The position numbers and the translations under genes were made by a program. 64,000 bases of DNA from Candidatus Micrarchaeota archaeon (lineage in GTDB: Archaea > Micrarchaeota > Micrarchaeia > Anstonellales > Anstonellaceae), in the NCBI GenBank assembly GCA_026413965.1, contig JAOAJY010000001.1, positions 57,642 to 121,641 on the forward strand, read 5' to 3'. Under the pieces are notes generated by a model that was not told the origin of the DNA, ran no database searches, and saw only the letters and a program-made list of their open reading frames with translations. Below, piece by piece: positions 17,921-25,920 of this stretch (positions within the stretch are counted from its first letter, which is position 1; every line of letters begins with the position of its first letter).

Positions 17921-19480
17921 ATGGCACAGCTTCAGATTGAGCTTGCAGATTTGCAGGAATTTGTGAAAATAGGCAAAAGAGAGGCAATTGAGACGCTTAC
18001 CCAGATGGGCTTTCCAGCAGAAGAAACTGCTGACGGCAAGCTTAATATTGAGGTCACCCCCAACCGCCCAGATGCCCTTTGCGTGGAAGGGCTCGCGCGC
18101 GCACTTAGGTGCTATCTTGGGGAAAAGCCCAAAGCCTACAAAGCAGGAAAGCCGAAGATAACAGTGGAGGTGGACAAAAGCGTCTTGCCTGTGCGACCTG
18201 CTTTTGGAGGCGCGGTGGTGCGCAAGCTGAAGATGACCGGCTCCCTTGTCCGCTCAATCATGCAGGTTCAGGAGAAATTGCATGAGACGCTTGGGAGAAA
18301 GAGGCGCAAGGTCGCAATCGGGATGCATGATTTGGGGGCAGTCCGACCGCCATTCAGATACTTTGCGTGCGGAAGGGGCGAAATCTCATTTGTTCCTCTG
18401 GATATGCAGGAGGAAATGACTCCTGGACAGATATTGTCTTTGCACCCCAAGGGAATCGCCTACTCCCACCTTGTGCAGGAAAAATGCCCCATGATAACTG
18501 ACCGGGACGGGAATGTCCTTTCTTTTCCGCCCATAATAAATGGGGAAAGGACCAAGCTTTCGGAAAAAACCGCTGACATTTTCATAGACACGACAGGGAC
18601 TTCTGGCGAGGCGGTGAGGCAAGCGGTGAATATAATCTGCGCCATGCTTGCAGACAGGGGAGGAGAGGTGGAGCAGATAAAAGTCAACGGAAAGGCCTAC
18701 CCAATCCTGCAGGAGGAAAAATGGGCTTTGCCCACGCGCCAAGCCGAAAGGCTGCTTGGAATAAAGCTGGGCGGCAGCAAAGCAGGCAGGCTTTTGGAGA
18801 GGATGGGGCATAGGGTGGAAGGAAAAAGCGTCTTTGTGCAAGGCTACCGCACAGACATCATCAGCAGCGTTGATTTGATAGAGGATATTGCCATTGCTTA
18901 TGGGTTCAACAGCTTCGAGCCCACCCTGCCTTCATTTTCCTCCATAGGCAGCCAGGCAGGCGAGCCGGAATACCACTCCATCCTTATCGGCTTGGGCTTT
19001 GAGGAGGCCGTGAGCTGGACCCTGTCCAACCGAAAGCTTGCAGCCAGGGCAAACCTGCGGTTGCAGCCATCAATTGAGATGGAAAACCCCTTGACAGAGG
19101 AATTCACCATTTTCAGGCAGGCGCTGCTTCCGAATTTGATGCAGATTCTTTCGGATGGGAAAAACGAGAAGCTTCCGATAAAGATTTATGAGATAGGGCC
19201 TGTGGCATCCGATAGGCTGGAGAAAAGAATGGCGTTTGCAATCATGCATCCCAAAGCCTCGTTCTCTGAAATCAAAGGAGCAGTCTGCGCTCTCTTTGGG
19301 ACGGCTGGAAAAGCCTTTGGAATCAAAGCTGAAAGCTACGGCCCATTCATAGCCGGAAGATGCGCTGCTGTTTATTTTGGGGAGAGGAAGATAGGGCATT
19401 TTGGGGAGATTTCCCCAGAGGTGCTGGCTGAATTTGGGCTGGAGCAGCCTGTTTGCGCAGCGGAATTTGAGCTTGCCTAA
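17921..19480 (+). CDS. pheT: Phenylalanine-tRNA ligase beta subunit (archaeal type)
   Basis: The 519-aa ORF has NIEVTPNRPDALCVEGLARAL, a B3_4-like core, and a GYRTDI block. Confidence 0.9.
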   Translation: MAQLQIELADLQEFVKIGKREAIETLTQMGFPAEETADGKLNIEVTPNRPDALCVEGLARALRCYLGEKPKAYKAGKPKITVEVDKSVLPVRPAFGGAVVRKLKMTGSLVRSIMQVQEKLHETLGRKRRKVAIGMHDLGAVRPPFRYFACGRGEISFVPLDMQEEMTPGQILSLHPKGIAYSHLVQEKCPMITDRDGNVLSFPPIINGERTKLSEKTADIFIDTTGTSGEAVRQAVNIICAMLADRGGEVEQIKVNGKAYPILQEEKWALPTRQAERLLGIKLGGSKAGRLLERMGHRVEGKSVFVQGYRTDIISSVDLIEDIAIAYGFNSFEPTLPSFSSIGSQAGEPEYHSILIGLGFEEAVSWTLSNRKLAARANLRLQPSIEMENPLTEEFTIFRQALLPNLMQILSDGKNEKLPIKIYEIGPVASDRLEKRMAFAIMHPKASFSEIKGAVCALFGTAGKAFGIKAESYGPFIAGRCAAVYFGERKIGHFGEISPEVLAEFGLEQPVCAAEFELA

Positions 19481-20850
19481 TTCATTATCTCGTTGGCTAT
19501 CTTTCTTGCGTCAAAGGGGACAAGGTCAGAATATCCCTGGCCAACGCCCAAAAACAAGACAGGGATGCCTGTTGCTTTTGCGATTGAGAGCGCAGTGCCG
19601 CCCTTGGCATCGCAATCTGCTTTGGTCAATATTGCCCCATCCATCCCTATGGCAGCGTCAAATGCCTTTATCTGGTCAATCACAGCGTTTCCGCCAATGC
19701 TTTCTCCAACATAAATCTTCAAGTCAGGCTTCGCCACCCGGTTTATCTTTGAAAGCTCAGAAAGAAGATTGGTGTTGGTGTCCTGCCTTCCTGCGGAGTC
19801 TATCAGGACCACATCCACCTTGGAGGCTCTTGCGTAATTTATGGCGTCAAATGCCACTGAAGCCGGATCCGCCCCATACCTGCTTTTTATTGCCTTTATC
19901 CCCAGCCTGGAAGCGTGCTCCTCGGTCTGCTCAATCGCGGCTGCCCTGAATGTGTCTGCTGCCGCAAAAGCCACTGAAAGCCCGGCATCAAGAAGCATCT
20001 TGGCTATTTTTGCCATCGTGGTGGTTTTGCCTGCGCCATTTGGCCCCACAAAGAGTATTTTGACTGGCTTATTCATGCTCTTCACCTTTGCCAAGAAATC
20101 GAATTTCCTGTCGCTTTCCATGACTGAGGCAAGCACATCTGCCACAGCCTCCCTTGTCCTCTGGGCAATCTGCCCTTTCGGGACTTTCATGCCCACAAGC
20201 TTGGAGCGAAGCTGCGAAACCACCTGCTCTGAGACCTCGTATGCCACATCGGCCTCAAGAAGAGAAAGCTCCAGCTCATCAAGAAGGTCGGAAATCTCGG
20301 CTTCGCTTATTGTTATCTCGCTTGAGAAGAAAGACTTGATTGCAGTGCCAATCCCAATTTTTGGCGAGAGGCTGCGCGTCTCTGCCTGCGCCTTCTTCTC
20401 CAGCCTGGAGAAGTCTTTTTCCTCATCGCCCACCGCCCCTATAGCGGCTTTCTTGCCGTCCTTTTTGGCATCTTTGCTTGGCTTTTGCTCAGAAGCAGGC
20501 AGGCTTTCTTGCGCAAGCTTTTGCTTGGCATGGATTTGGCTTTGCGCAGGCGCGCCTTTTTCTTTCTGGATTGCAGCAGGAAAGGGCTTGGAGGCAGATG
20601 GCTGCTGAGGAGATTCTTGGGCTTGGGGAGAGGGCTGATTGGCTGGAGAGGCGCCAGCATTTCCTGCGCTTGAAGGAGGCATGAGAGGCGCAAGAGGCTG
20701 CTGGGGGATTTGCCCTTCGGCTTCGGAGAGCTTTTGTGCCTCTGCCTTTCCCCCGCTTTTGCCATCCTCCTGCTTGCTTGAATCAGGCTCTTTTTTTCCG
20801 GAAAGCCTGCTTATGAAGCTTGAAATCTTATTCTTCAGAAGGCCGAACAT
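19477..20850 (-). CDS. ftsY: Signal recognition particle receptor FtsY
   Basis: The C-terminal NG domain has FVGPNGAGKTTT, DTFRAAA, DSAGR, and TKADCDAKGG. The N-terminal 150 aa or so is a P/Q/A/K-rich low-complexity stretch. Confidence 0.9.
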   Translation of the reverse strand: MFGLLKNKISSFISRLSGKKEPDSSKQEDGKSGGKAEAQKLSEAEGQIPQQPLAPLMPPSSAGNAGASPANQPSPQAQESPQQPSASKPFPAAIQKEKGAPAQSQIHAKQKLAQESLPASEQKPSKDAKKDGKKAAIGAVGDEEKDFSRLEKKAQAETRSLSPKIGIGTAIKSFFSSEITISEAEISDLLDELELSLLEADVAYEVSEQVVSQLRSKLVGMKVPKGQIAQRTREAVADVLASVMESDRKFDFLAKVKSMNKPVKILFVGPNGAGKTTTMAKIAKMLLDAGLSVAFAAADTFRAAAIEQTEEHASRLGIKAIKSRYGADPASVAFDAINYARASKVDVVLIDSAGRQDTNTNLLSELSKINRVAKPDLKIYVGESIGGNAVIDQIKAFDAAIGMDGAILTKADCDAKGGTALSIAKATGIPVLFLGVGQGYSDLVPFDARKIANEIMN

Positions 20851-21262
20851 TTTTCTCCTCTGGCTGAGAAACGGCGTTTGCGCGCCCTGTGAGGTCCTCT
20901 ATTGCGCGAACCACCTGCTGAAGGTCTTTTTGGGCCTCCTGCATGGCTTCGGTCAGCTTTTTTTGCCTCTCCTCAAGGATTTTCAAGGCTTCCTCTGGCT
21001 TTTTTGGAGCCAAAAGGTTGGCGCCTATGTTGACAAGAACCCTATCATAATCAGGCTTTGAGCAGAATATGTATGTCCCTGCGCCTATTGGCACCAAAGT
21101 CTCGCCTTTGGCTTTTTTAAGGTTGGCTAGAGCCTCAATGGCGGCGCCCACCTCAAGGATTGTCTGCTGCATCTGGAGCATCTGCTGCCTTATAGCCTCC
21201 CCCCTTGCCTGGTAAAGCCGAAGCTCGTTGGCTATTTCGTTTAATTCCTCTTCGTCTGCCAT
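20828..21262 (-). CDS. pfdA: Prefoldin alpha subunit
   Basis: It is a coiled-coil / beta-hairpin / coiled-coil protein (ETLVPIGAGTYIF...VLVNIGANLL). The start was set at MADEEE. Confidence 0.85.
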   Translation of the reverse strand: MADEEELNEIANELRLYQARGEAIRQQMLQMQQTILEVGAAIEALANLKKAKGETLVPIGAGTYIFCSKPDYDRVLVNIGANLLAPKKPEEALKILEERQKKLTEAMQEAQKDLQQVVRAIEDLTGRANAVSQPEEKNVRPSEE

Positions 21263-21276
21263 AAGGCATCCCCCCA

Positions 21277-21453
21277 TCAAATTTTCTCAATAGATTCAAT
21301 CTTTATTGCGGCCCTTTTAATGCCTGCGTTGGAGCCGAAAAGCGCCATGGCTTTCTCCAGCGCAAGCTTCTGGCTTTCTGCCTCCACCACTTTCTCAAAA
21401 GGGCGGGCGCTTGCCCCTTTGCCTATTTTGCCAACCACAATGAACTTCGCCAT
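21277..21453 (-). CDS. rplX: 50S ribosomal protein LX (eL20-related)
   Basis: My own translation gives MAKFIVVGKIGKGASARPFEKVVEAESQKLALEKAMALFGSNAGIKRAAIKIESIEKI (58 aa). It sits between aIF6 and pfdA, as in the conserved archaeal cluster. It falls below the ORF-track cutoff. Confidence 0.8.
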   Translation of the reverse strand: MAKFIVVGKIGKGASARPFEKVVEAESQKLALEKAMALFGSNAGIKRAAIKIESIEKI

Positions 21454-21463
21454 GAAACCACCA

Positions 21464-22126
21464 TCACAACAGCCTCAAAGCCTCAGCCGCCCTTCCCAGC
21501 TCAAACCCTGTGCTTGATTCCCCTGCCACCGCCCCTTTTGAGTTGGCGGCAAGGCATATGGAAACAAATGGGACGCCGGTGTTCAGCGTGCAGTTGCTTC
21601 CTGGCACGCCAAATATGCCCTCCAGCTCTTTTAATTCTTGCTCAGATGCCCTGTTGTGGGCAAGAAAGCCGGAGTTGGTTGCCGCAATGCAGCTTCCAAC
21701 CGTAGGGTAGCCAGCTATCCTTATAGGCACCACCTCAACCCCAAGGCAGTCTGAAATCTTTTCAAGCTCCATGCGCGGGATTTCAGGGTTGGCGGCTGCG
21801 CCTTTGTCGTTTGCAGCCAGGTTGTTGCCGACTGCGGAGAACTGCCCAGACAGGACTTCCACATTCAGCCCATGCGACTTGAAAAGGGATATCTCTTCTT
21901 GGCTGCAAAATGAGGGCAATACCGCTCCGTTGGAGTTCATGCACACAAAAAGCCCGGAAAGGCCTGCTCCGCCTATGCTTGCCTTCAAGACCGGAGCCCC
22001 AAGCGACTCAAGCGCAGAGATGAGCTTGGGCGAGGCAGTGATGTCTGCGCACACCAGCCTTTCTGAAGCTTTCGAGAAAAGCCCCACATAAGGATTGCCG
22101 AAATTGCTGGCTTTGACAACAGGCAT
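21464..22126 (-). CDS. eif6: Translation initiation factor 6 (aIF6)
   Basis: It has pentein-repeat sequence (FGNPYVGLF, SIGGAGLSGLF, AVGNNLAAND, GYPTVGSCIAATN). The start was set at MPVVKA. Confidence 0.9.
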   Translation of the reverse strand: MPVVKASNFGNPYVGLFSKASERLVCADITASPKLISALESLGAPVLKASIGGAGLSGLFVCMNSNGAVLPSFCSQEEISLFKSHGLNVEVLSGQFSAVGNNLAANDKGAAANPEIPRMELEKISDCLGVEVVPIRIAGYPTVGSCIAATNSGFLAHNRASEQELKELEGIFGVPGSNCTLNTGVPFVSICLAANSKGAVAGESSTGFELGRAAEALRLL

Positions 22127-22143
22127 AGACACACGCCAAAAAT

Positions 22144-22572
22144 TCACGGCTTTTTCTCAGCAGCTTGGCTAGCCGCAGGATTCTTTGCCGCTTGCGGCTC
22201 TGCGGACGGCTTTGCCGAGGGCTCTTCCCTTTTTTCTTTTTTCTTCTCCTCTGCCTTCTTTTCCGCAGCCTGCTTTTTCTCCTCCTCTTTTTTGGCTGCC
22301 TCGCGCAGCTTTTCTTCCTCGCCGACAAGCCAAACCTTGGCTATCTGGTCCTCGCCTTTGACAATCCGGACTTTTATCCTCCTTGGGGGCTTTTGCATTC
22401 CGTCCCTGAAAATCCTGCTGTTGACTCCCTCAGAGATTTTTGCTTCCTTGGCTTTCATGTGCCTTAGCGCAAATTCCCTTACGAGCTTGACTGCCCTTTT
22501 GGCGCGTTTGGTTCGGACATGCCCATAGGCGTCAGAAAGCGGTATTGTGTATATCCTCTCAAGAGTAGCCAT
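22144..22572 (-). CDS. rpl31e: 50S ribosomal protein L31e with a K/E-rich C-terminal tail
   Basis: The core reads RIYTIPLSDAYGHVRTKRAKRAVKLVREF...PPRRIKVRI. The last 55 aa or so are a lysine/glutamate/alanine-rich extension. Confidence 0.9.
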   Translation of the reverse strand: MATLERIYTIPLSDAYGHVRTKRAKRAVKLVREFALRHMKAKEAKISEGVNSRIFRDGMQKPPRRIKVRIVKGEDQIAKVWLVGEEEKLREAAKKEEEKKQAAEKKAEEKKKEKREEPSAKPSAEPQAAKNPAASQAAEKKP

Positions 22573-22580
22573 TTGCTCAC

Positions 22581-22778
22581 CTAATTTTGCCTATTGCGCT
22601 TCTGGGAGCGCATTTTGAGTTTCTGCGTTCGCCAGTTCCTTCTCTCCTTGTTTTGCACCACCCTCCTGTTTGTCTTGGCAACCACAAACAAAGGGATTCG
22701 CCTGTTCCTTTTCATCATCTTGCCCAATGTAGCCTTTGTCCTGCTGCTTTTCACCCTGCCCATAACTTTCACCTTCAT
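22581..22778 (-). CDS. rpl39e: 50S ribosomal protein L39e
   Basis: It has KRNRRIPLFVVAKTNRRVVQNKERRNWRTQKLK. Confidence 0.85.
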   Translation of the reverse strand: MKVKVMGRVKSSRTKATLGKMMKRNRRIPLFVVAKTNRRVVQNKERRNWRTQKLKMRSQKRNRQN

Positions 22779-23111
22779 TCATCCAATATAGCTTTGCTGG
22801 CTTTCCCGGCTCTCGTGCCTCTTTCTTTTCTCATGCATTTCCCTGTATTCGTGCCACATGCGCTCAGCCTGCTTTCCCCTCAATATTTTCACCACCACAT
22901 TGCGAGGCACTGGAACCGAAAGGCCTTTCTCTGGCCTGTAATCGCAAAGCACGATGTCGCCTTCGCGTATCTTGGAGGCTATTTTGGCATCCACCGCCAT
23001 TGTCAGGACATTCTCGTCCCACATCCTAAGAGTAGCCTGCACTGATTTGTCAGAAGAAATGCTGTCTTTTGGGGTCAGGACTGCAACCACTTTTCCTGGA
23101 TGATACATCAA
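22779..23111 (-). CDS. Hypothetical protein inserted in the ribosomal-protein cluster
   Basis: The 110-aa ORF is tightly packed between the PDCD5-like gene and L39e. No family was recognised. It has a basic C-terminal tail. Confidence 0.5.
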   Translation of the reverse strand: MMYHPGKVVAVLTPKDSISSDKSVQATLRMWDENVLTMAVDAKIASKIREGDIVLCDYRPEKGLSVPVPRNVVVKILRGKQAERMWHEYREMHEKRKRHESRESQQSYIG

Positions 23112-23117
23112 ACCAAC

Positions 23118-23417
23118 TCACTTTTTCCTGAATTCTATCTTGGTCTCTCTTCTCTCAGACATCTTGGAAAGCAGCCGGTAAAGCTGCTCATCAGATATTT
23201 CGCCCATGCTGTTTCCGGACTGAGCAAGATACGCAAGGGAAGAGACCACCTTGTCGTAAAGCTCTGGGTTGGAGAGCCGAACGTTCATCATCCTCTCATA
23301 AGCTTTTGGAGAAAGCATCTTTTTCAGAATCTCTTTCTTCTGCTGCTCAAGCTGAGCCTGGCGAAGCTTTTGCTGGTAGATTTTCTGGTATTCTTCCTCC
23401 TCTTCCAAATTTCCCAC
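23118..23417 (-). CDS. PDCD5/TFAR19-like dsDNA-binding protein
   Basis: It reads QQKLRQAQLEQQKKEILKKMLSPKAYERMMNVRLSNPELY...SDEQLYRLL and sits in the conserved position next to S19e. Confidence 0.8.
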   Translation of the reverse strand: MGNLEEEEEYQKIYQQKLRQAQLEQQKKEILKKMLSPKAYERMMNVRLSNPELYDKVVSSLAYLAQSGNSMGEISDEQLYRLLSKMSERRETKIEFRKK

Positions 23418-23420
23418 CCT

Positions 23421-23834
23421 TCAGGACGAGGAGACCTCCTTGGCGGCAGAGTCCAAAAGCTTCTTTCCTGCGGCAGTTATTTCTCTCCCCACTTTTTTCT
23501 TTGCCAAAAGGCCTGCTGCCTCAAGAGCCTGCATCCCTTTCCTTATGATGGAGCCGCCGGCTTTCCTTTTCTTCTCAGGCTTCACCCCGCGAATCTTTCT
23601 TCCGCCATAATGGAGCCTGAGCTTCCCAACCCCTATATTGCCATTCACATACGCATTCCTTAGCATGGACGCCAAGCGGACATACCAGAAGTCTTTCTGC
23701 TGCGGCATGCGCTCCCTGTGGGCCCCAGACTTCACCGTGCCTATGTAGGAAGGCTGGGGGATGCCCATTCCCTTGAGCTTTTCTGCGACTGCCTTTATGA
23801 GCTTGTGCGGATTCACATCATAAACCGTAACCAT
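23421..23834 (-). CDS. rps19e: 30S ribosomal protein S19e
   Basis: It reads MVTVYDVNPHKLIKAVAEKLK...DFWYVRLASMLR...GGSIIRKGMQALEAAGL. The start was set at the internal ATG, which is preceded by GGGGTG. Confidence 0.9.
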   Translation of the reverse strand: MVTVYDVNPHKLIKAVAEKLKGMGIPQPSYIGTVKSGAHRERMPQQKDFWYVRLASMLRNAYVNGNIGVGKLRLHYGGRKIRGVKPEKKRKAGGSIIRKGMQALEAAGLLAKKKVGREITAAGKKLLDSAAKEVSSS

Positions 23835-23945
23835 TCCAACACCCCTTGCGAATGTTGATTCCAAAAGGCGAAGATCCGTCTTTTTGACTGAAATTCGCTC
23901 CTCTATAAAGCAGACAAGGATATTTAAACCTGCCTGTGGCATAGC

Positions 23946-24614
23946 TTAGGCAAAAAAGTCCTTCGGCTTTTCTTCTGGTTTTGTAATGCCAAGTGCTTTT
24001 TCCTTTTCGCGTATGAGCAATTCTTTTATCTGCTTTTCATAAAGCATACGGGCAAGTGTATTTTGGGTGATGTGGTATTTTGCTGCATCTGGATATTTTT
24101 TAACCAAAGATTCGTAAATCTTGCCTAAAACAAAATCTAAAATATCGGCAGACAGCTTGGAAACTCTGTCGAATGCCTCATCGCTCTTCATCGCCTGATT
24201 GAAAAGAATTTTCAACTCAACTATATAATTTGAGCTTGCTATCTTTACTATCACGTCGTTGCTCGCCCCTGAAATCTTAGCAAAATAAGCGCAAATGTTA
24301 ATCAGAGTGCAAAGCGCAGGAGGTTGCGTGCTATTTTGGTTTGCAAATAGCAGGGAATCGAACACTAAATTTGCGACATAATTTGCTGCTTGCTCAATCG
24401 TCATGTTTTGTTGTTTGCCATTCTCATTCTGATTCTTTATGGCTTGATTGTATAAATCTATAAAGTTCTGATTAGACCGAAAATAATTTTCTAAATCGGA
24501 AACAGCTCGTGAGCGATCTTGCACGGAAATGCTTTTGAGTGTTTCGGAAAGATAATTAATAAGGATAGAAATCTGCTCGTTATTTGGCGTTGGCTTCTTT
24601 GCAGGCGCAGGCAT
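23946..24614 (-). CDS. Hypothetical protein, N/Q/K-rich, compositionally atypical (low GC)
   Basis: The 222-aa ORF has no recognised motif. A hand count of 24421-24480 gives 18/60 G+C, against roughly 50-65 percent in neighbouring genes. Confidence 0.55.
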   Translation of the reverse strand: MPAPAKKPTPNNEQISILINYLSETLKSISVQDRSRAVSDLENYFRSNQNFIDLYNQAIKNQNENGKQQNMTIEQAANYVANLVFDSLLFANQNSTQPPALCTLINICAYFAKISGASNDVIVKIASSNYIVELKILFNQAMKSDEAFDRVSKLSADILDFVLGKIYESLVKKYPDAAKYHITQNTLARMLYEKQIKELLIREKEKALGITKPEEKPKDFFA

Positions 24615-24629
24615 GTTTGCCGCCTCTTA

Positions 24630-24959
24630 TCACTTTGCCTTGCAATATTTAAATTGCTTTTTGCCTCCGCATGAGCAAAGGTGCTCTGCTGCCTTCTGCC
24701 TTTTGCGCAGGCGGACTTTGGTGTTCAGCCCAGGGACAGAGGGCATTCCGCATGATTTGCAAAACAGGGCGCGCTGGCTTTTTTGCATGCGGCAGTTGTA
24801 TCGCATGGAGAGCCTTCTTGCAAGATAAACATAGCGCTTGGCGTAATTCGGCTCTCCTGCCCTCAAAGCTGAAGCTGCCTGCCGCAGGAGTATGTCTATC
24901 CTCTCGTAGATTATCTGTCGAAGGCTGCTTTTCTGGGATTCCACGCAAAAATTCGGCAT
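24630..24959 (-). CDS. rnp4: RNase P protein component 4 (Rpr2/Rpp21)
   Basis: It reads IIYERIDILLRQA...AKRYVYLARRLSMRYNCRM...FCKSCGMPSVPG...CSCGG (zinc ribbon). The start was set at the ATG at 24959, because the upstream part of the track ORF overlaps the tRNA gene. Confidence 0.8.
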   Translation of the reverse strand: MPNFCVESQKSSLRQIIYERIDILLRQAASALRAGEPNYAKRYVYLARRLSMRYNCRMQKSQRALFCKSCGMPSVPGLNTKVRLRKRQKAAEHLCSCGGKKQFKYCKAK

Positions 24960-25017
24960 TTGCGCAATAAAAAGATTGGCATGGGCCCGACGAGATTCGA
25001 ACTCGTGACCTACAGCT

Positions 25018-25045
25018 GTCCAAGACACTTTGCGAGAGCGTGCCA
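25018..25045 (-). other. tRNA-Ile intron 2 (28 nt, canonical position 37/38)
   Basis: BHB motif: the anticodon stem is followed by a central helix CTTA/TTGG (C-G, U-G, U/U mismatch, A-U). The 3-nt bulges are TAT and ACA. The inner helix is GGCAC/GTGTC with an 11-nt loop. Confidence 0.65.
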
Positions 25046-25053
25046 TATAAGAC

Positions 25054-25083
25054 ATGCGAGCAGGCAACTTGGAGTTGCCAGCA
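25054..25083 (-). other. tRNA-Ile intron 1 (30 nt, non-canonical position 29/30)
   Basis: BHB motif: the central helix is GCGG/TCGC, with 3-nt bulges CAT and ATG. The outer helix is AGA/TCT. The inner hairpin is GC-(T/T)-GGCAACT, loop CCA, then AGTTGCC-(T)-GC. Confidence 0.65.
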
Positions 25084-25135
25084 TGCCGCTCTAACCAGCT
25101 GAGCTACGGGCCCAGGAGAAATAGGTGGAAAAAGG

Positions 25136-25144
25136 AATTTAAAG
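25136..25144 (-). promoter_or_regulatory. TATA-like box for the tRNA-Ile gene
   Basis: The minus strand reads CTTTAAATT about 25 nt upstream of the tRNA 5' end. Confidence 0.5.
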
Positions 25145-25150
25145 CAAAGT

Positions 25151-25909
25151 CTAGGCTTCCTGCTTGTAAAGCGCAAGCAGAGCAATCTGGGTTATTGGGA
25201 CATACGCCAAGACAAGATACAAAACTCCGGCAATGGGGATGGCAGAAGGAATCCAAAGCAGAGAGGAAATCACCACAAAAATTGCGACTTTGCCGAAGTT
25301 TTTGACCACAAATGCCGCTGACCTTCGGATTGCCTCCAATGCCCCTTTCTCATCCACCACCAGGGAAGGGACTGTGAAAATGAAAAATAGGCTCATCAGC
25401 AAGGAAACCAAGACTGCTGAGGTCATTATGGCTATGCCTGCAATGCCCCAGCCTACCGCAAACGACAATATCAAGCCTGCTGCTATAGGGGAAAGGAGTA
25501 TGGCTCCGCTCAAAAGCCCAAGCGCCAGCATGCTTGCGGCATACCTTGGTATCCTGTAAAACAGGCCGAAAAGCGTCTGCTTCCTCCCAGAGTGCAAAAT
25601 GTATAGGCTCTCCACAAAGGAGGCAGAAAGCCCGCCTTGCACCAGGAGGAAGATAACAAACCCTGCCGCAACCACCAAGGATGTGAGAAGCATTCCGGCT
25701 ATCTCCAAGGAGAAGCCCTTGCCTGAAACCAAGGCATTGAGCACTCCGCCTATTGAGAATGCCCCAAGAACCAATCCGGCGGCAAGCAAAATTGCCCCAA
25801 GCAAAGTCCCAAAGAGAAATGTGGCAAAGGAGAACAGGGCGCATGGAAGGATGTTTCTTTTGTAGGTGGAGAATGCTTCGTAATAGGCTGAAATTGCAGG
25901 GATTGGCAT
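25151..25909 (-). CDS. Polytopic membrane protein, function unknown
   Basis: The 252-aa ORF has about 6 hydrophobic helices. Confidence 0.5.
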   Translation of the reverse strand: MPIPAISAYYEAFSTYKRNILPCALFSFATFLFGTLLGAILLAAGLVLGAFSIGGVLNALVSGKGFSLEIAGMLLTSLVVAAGFVIFLLVQGGLSASFVESLYILHSGRKQTLFGLFYRIPRYAASMLALGLLSGAILLSPIAAGLILSFAVGWGIAGIAIMTSAVLVSLLMSLFFIFTVPSLVVDEKGALEAIRRSAAFVVKNFGKVAIFVVISSLLWIPSAIPIAGVLYLVLAYVPITQIALLALYKQEA

Positions 25910-25920
25910 AGGACCACCAG

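Larger units (their letters stand above)
24982..25113 (-). tRNA. tRNA-Ile(UAU) with two introns (29/30 and 37/38)
   Basis: The minus-strand read is GGGCCCG-TA-GCTC-AGCTGGTTA-GAGC-G ... AGGTC-ACGAG-TTCGAAT-CTCGT-CGGGCCC-A. Removing 30 nt and 28 nt at two hand-folded BHB motifs leaves the anticodon arm GCAGT-CTTATAA-GCTGT. The anticodon TAT lies at 25047-25049, and no CCA is encoded. Confidence 0.75.

Noticed and set aside
20400-20800. Low-complexity P/Q/A/K-rich coding stretches occur in the FtsY N-terminus, at 52300-53100 and at 22150-22320. They raise many overlapping ORFs in all frames.
   Set aside because: They are compositionally biased linkers or tails of the real genes (FtsY, the 51962-53233 protein, L31e). 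The extra ORFs are frame artefacts.
25025-25041. A tRNA-Ala(CGC)-like anticodon arm (ACGCT-CTCGCAA-AGTGT) lies in the same tRNA gene. An alternative Ala(GGC) reading of the 5' region is also possible.
   Set aside because: The acceptor stem has G3:C70, not the G3:U70 Ala identity pair. The required flanking introns lack BHB geometry. The segment falls inside the second BHB intron of the Ile(UAU) model.
25063-25079. A perfect tRNA-Trp-like anticodon arm (GGCAA-CTCCAAG-TTGCC) lies inside the tRNA gene at 24982-25113.
   Set aside because: Using it as the anticodon arm would leave a 7-nt insert between the D arm and the anticodon stem, which no splicing mechanism removes. It fits exactly as the inner hairpin of the first BHB intron.
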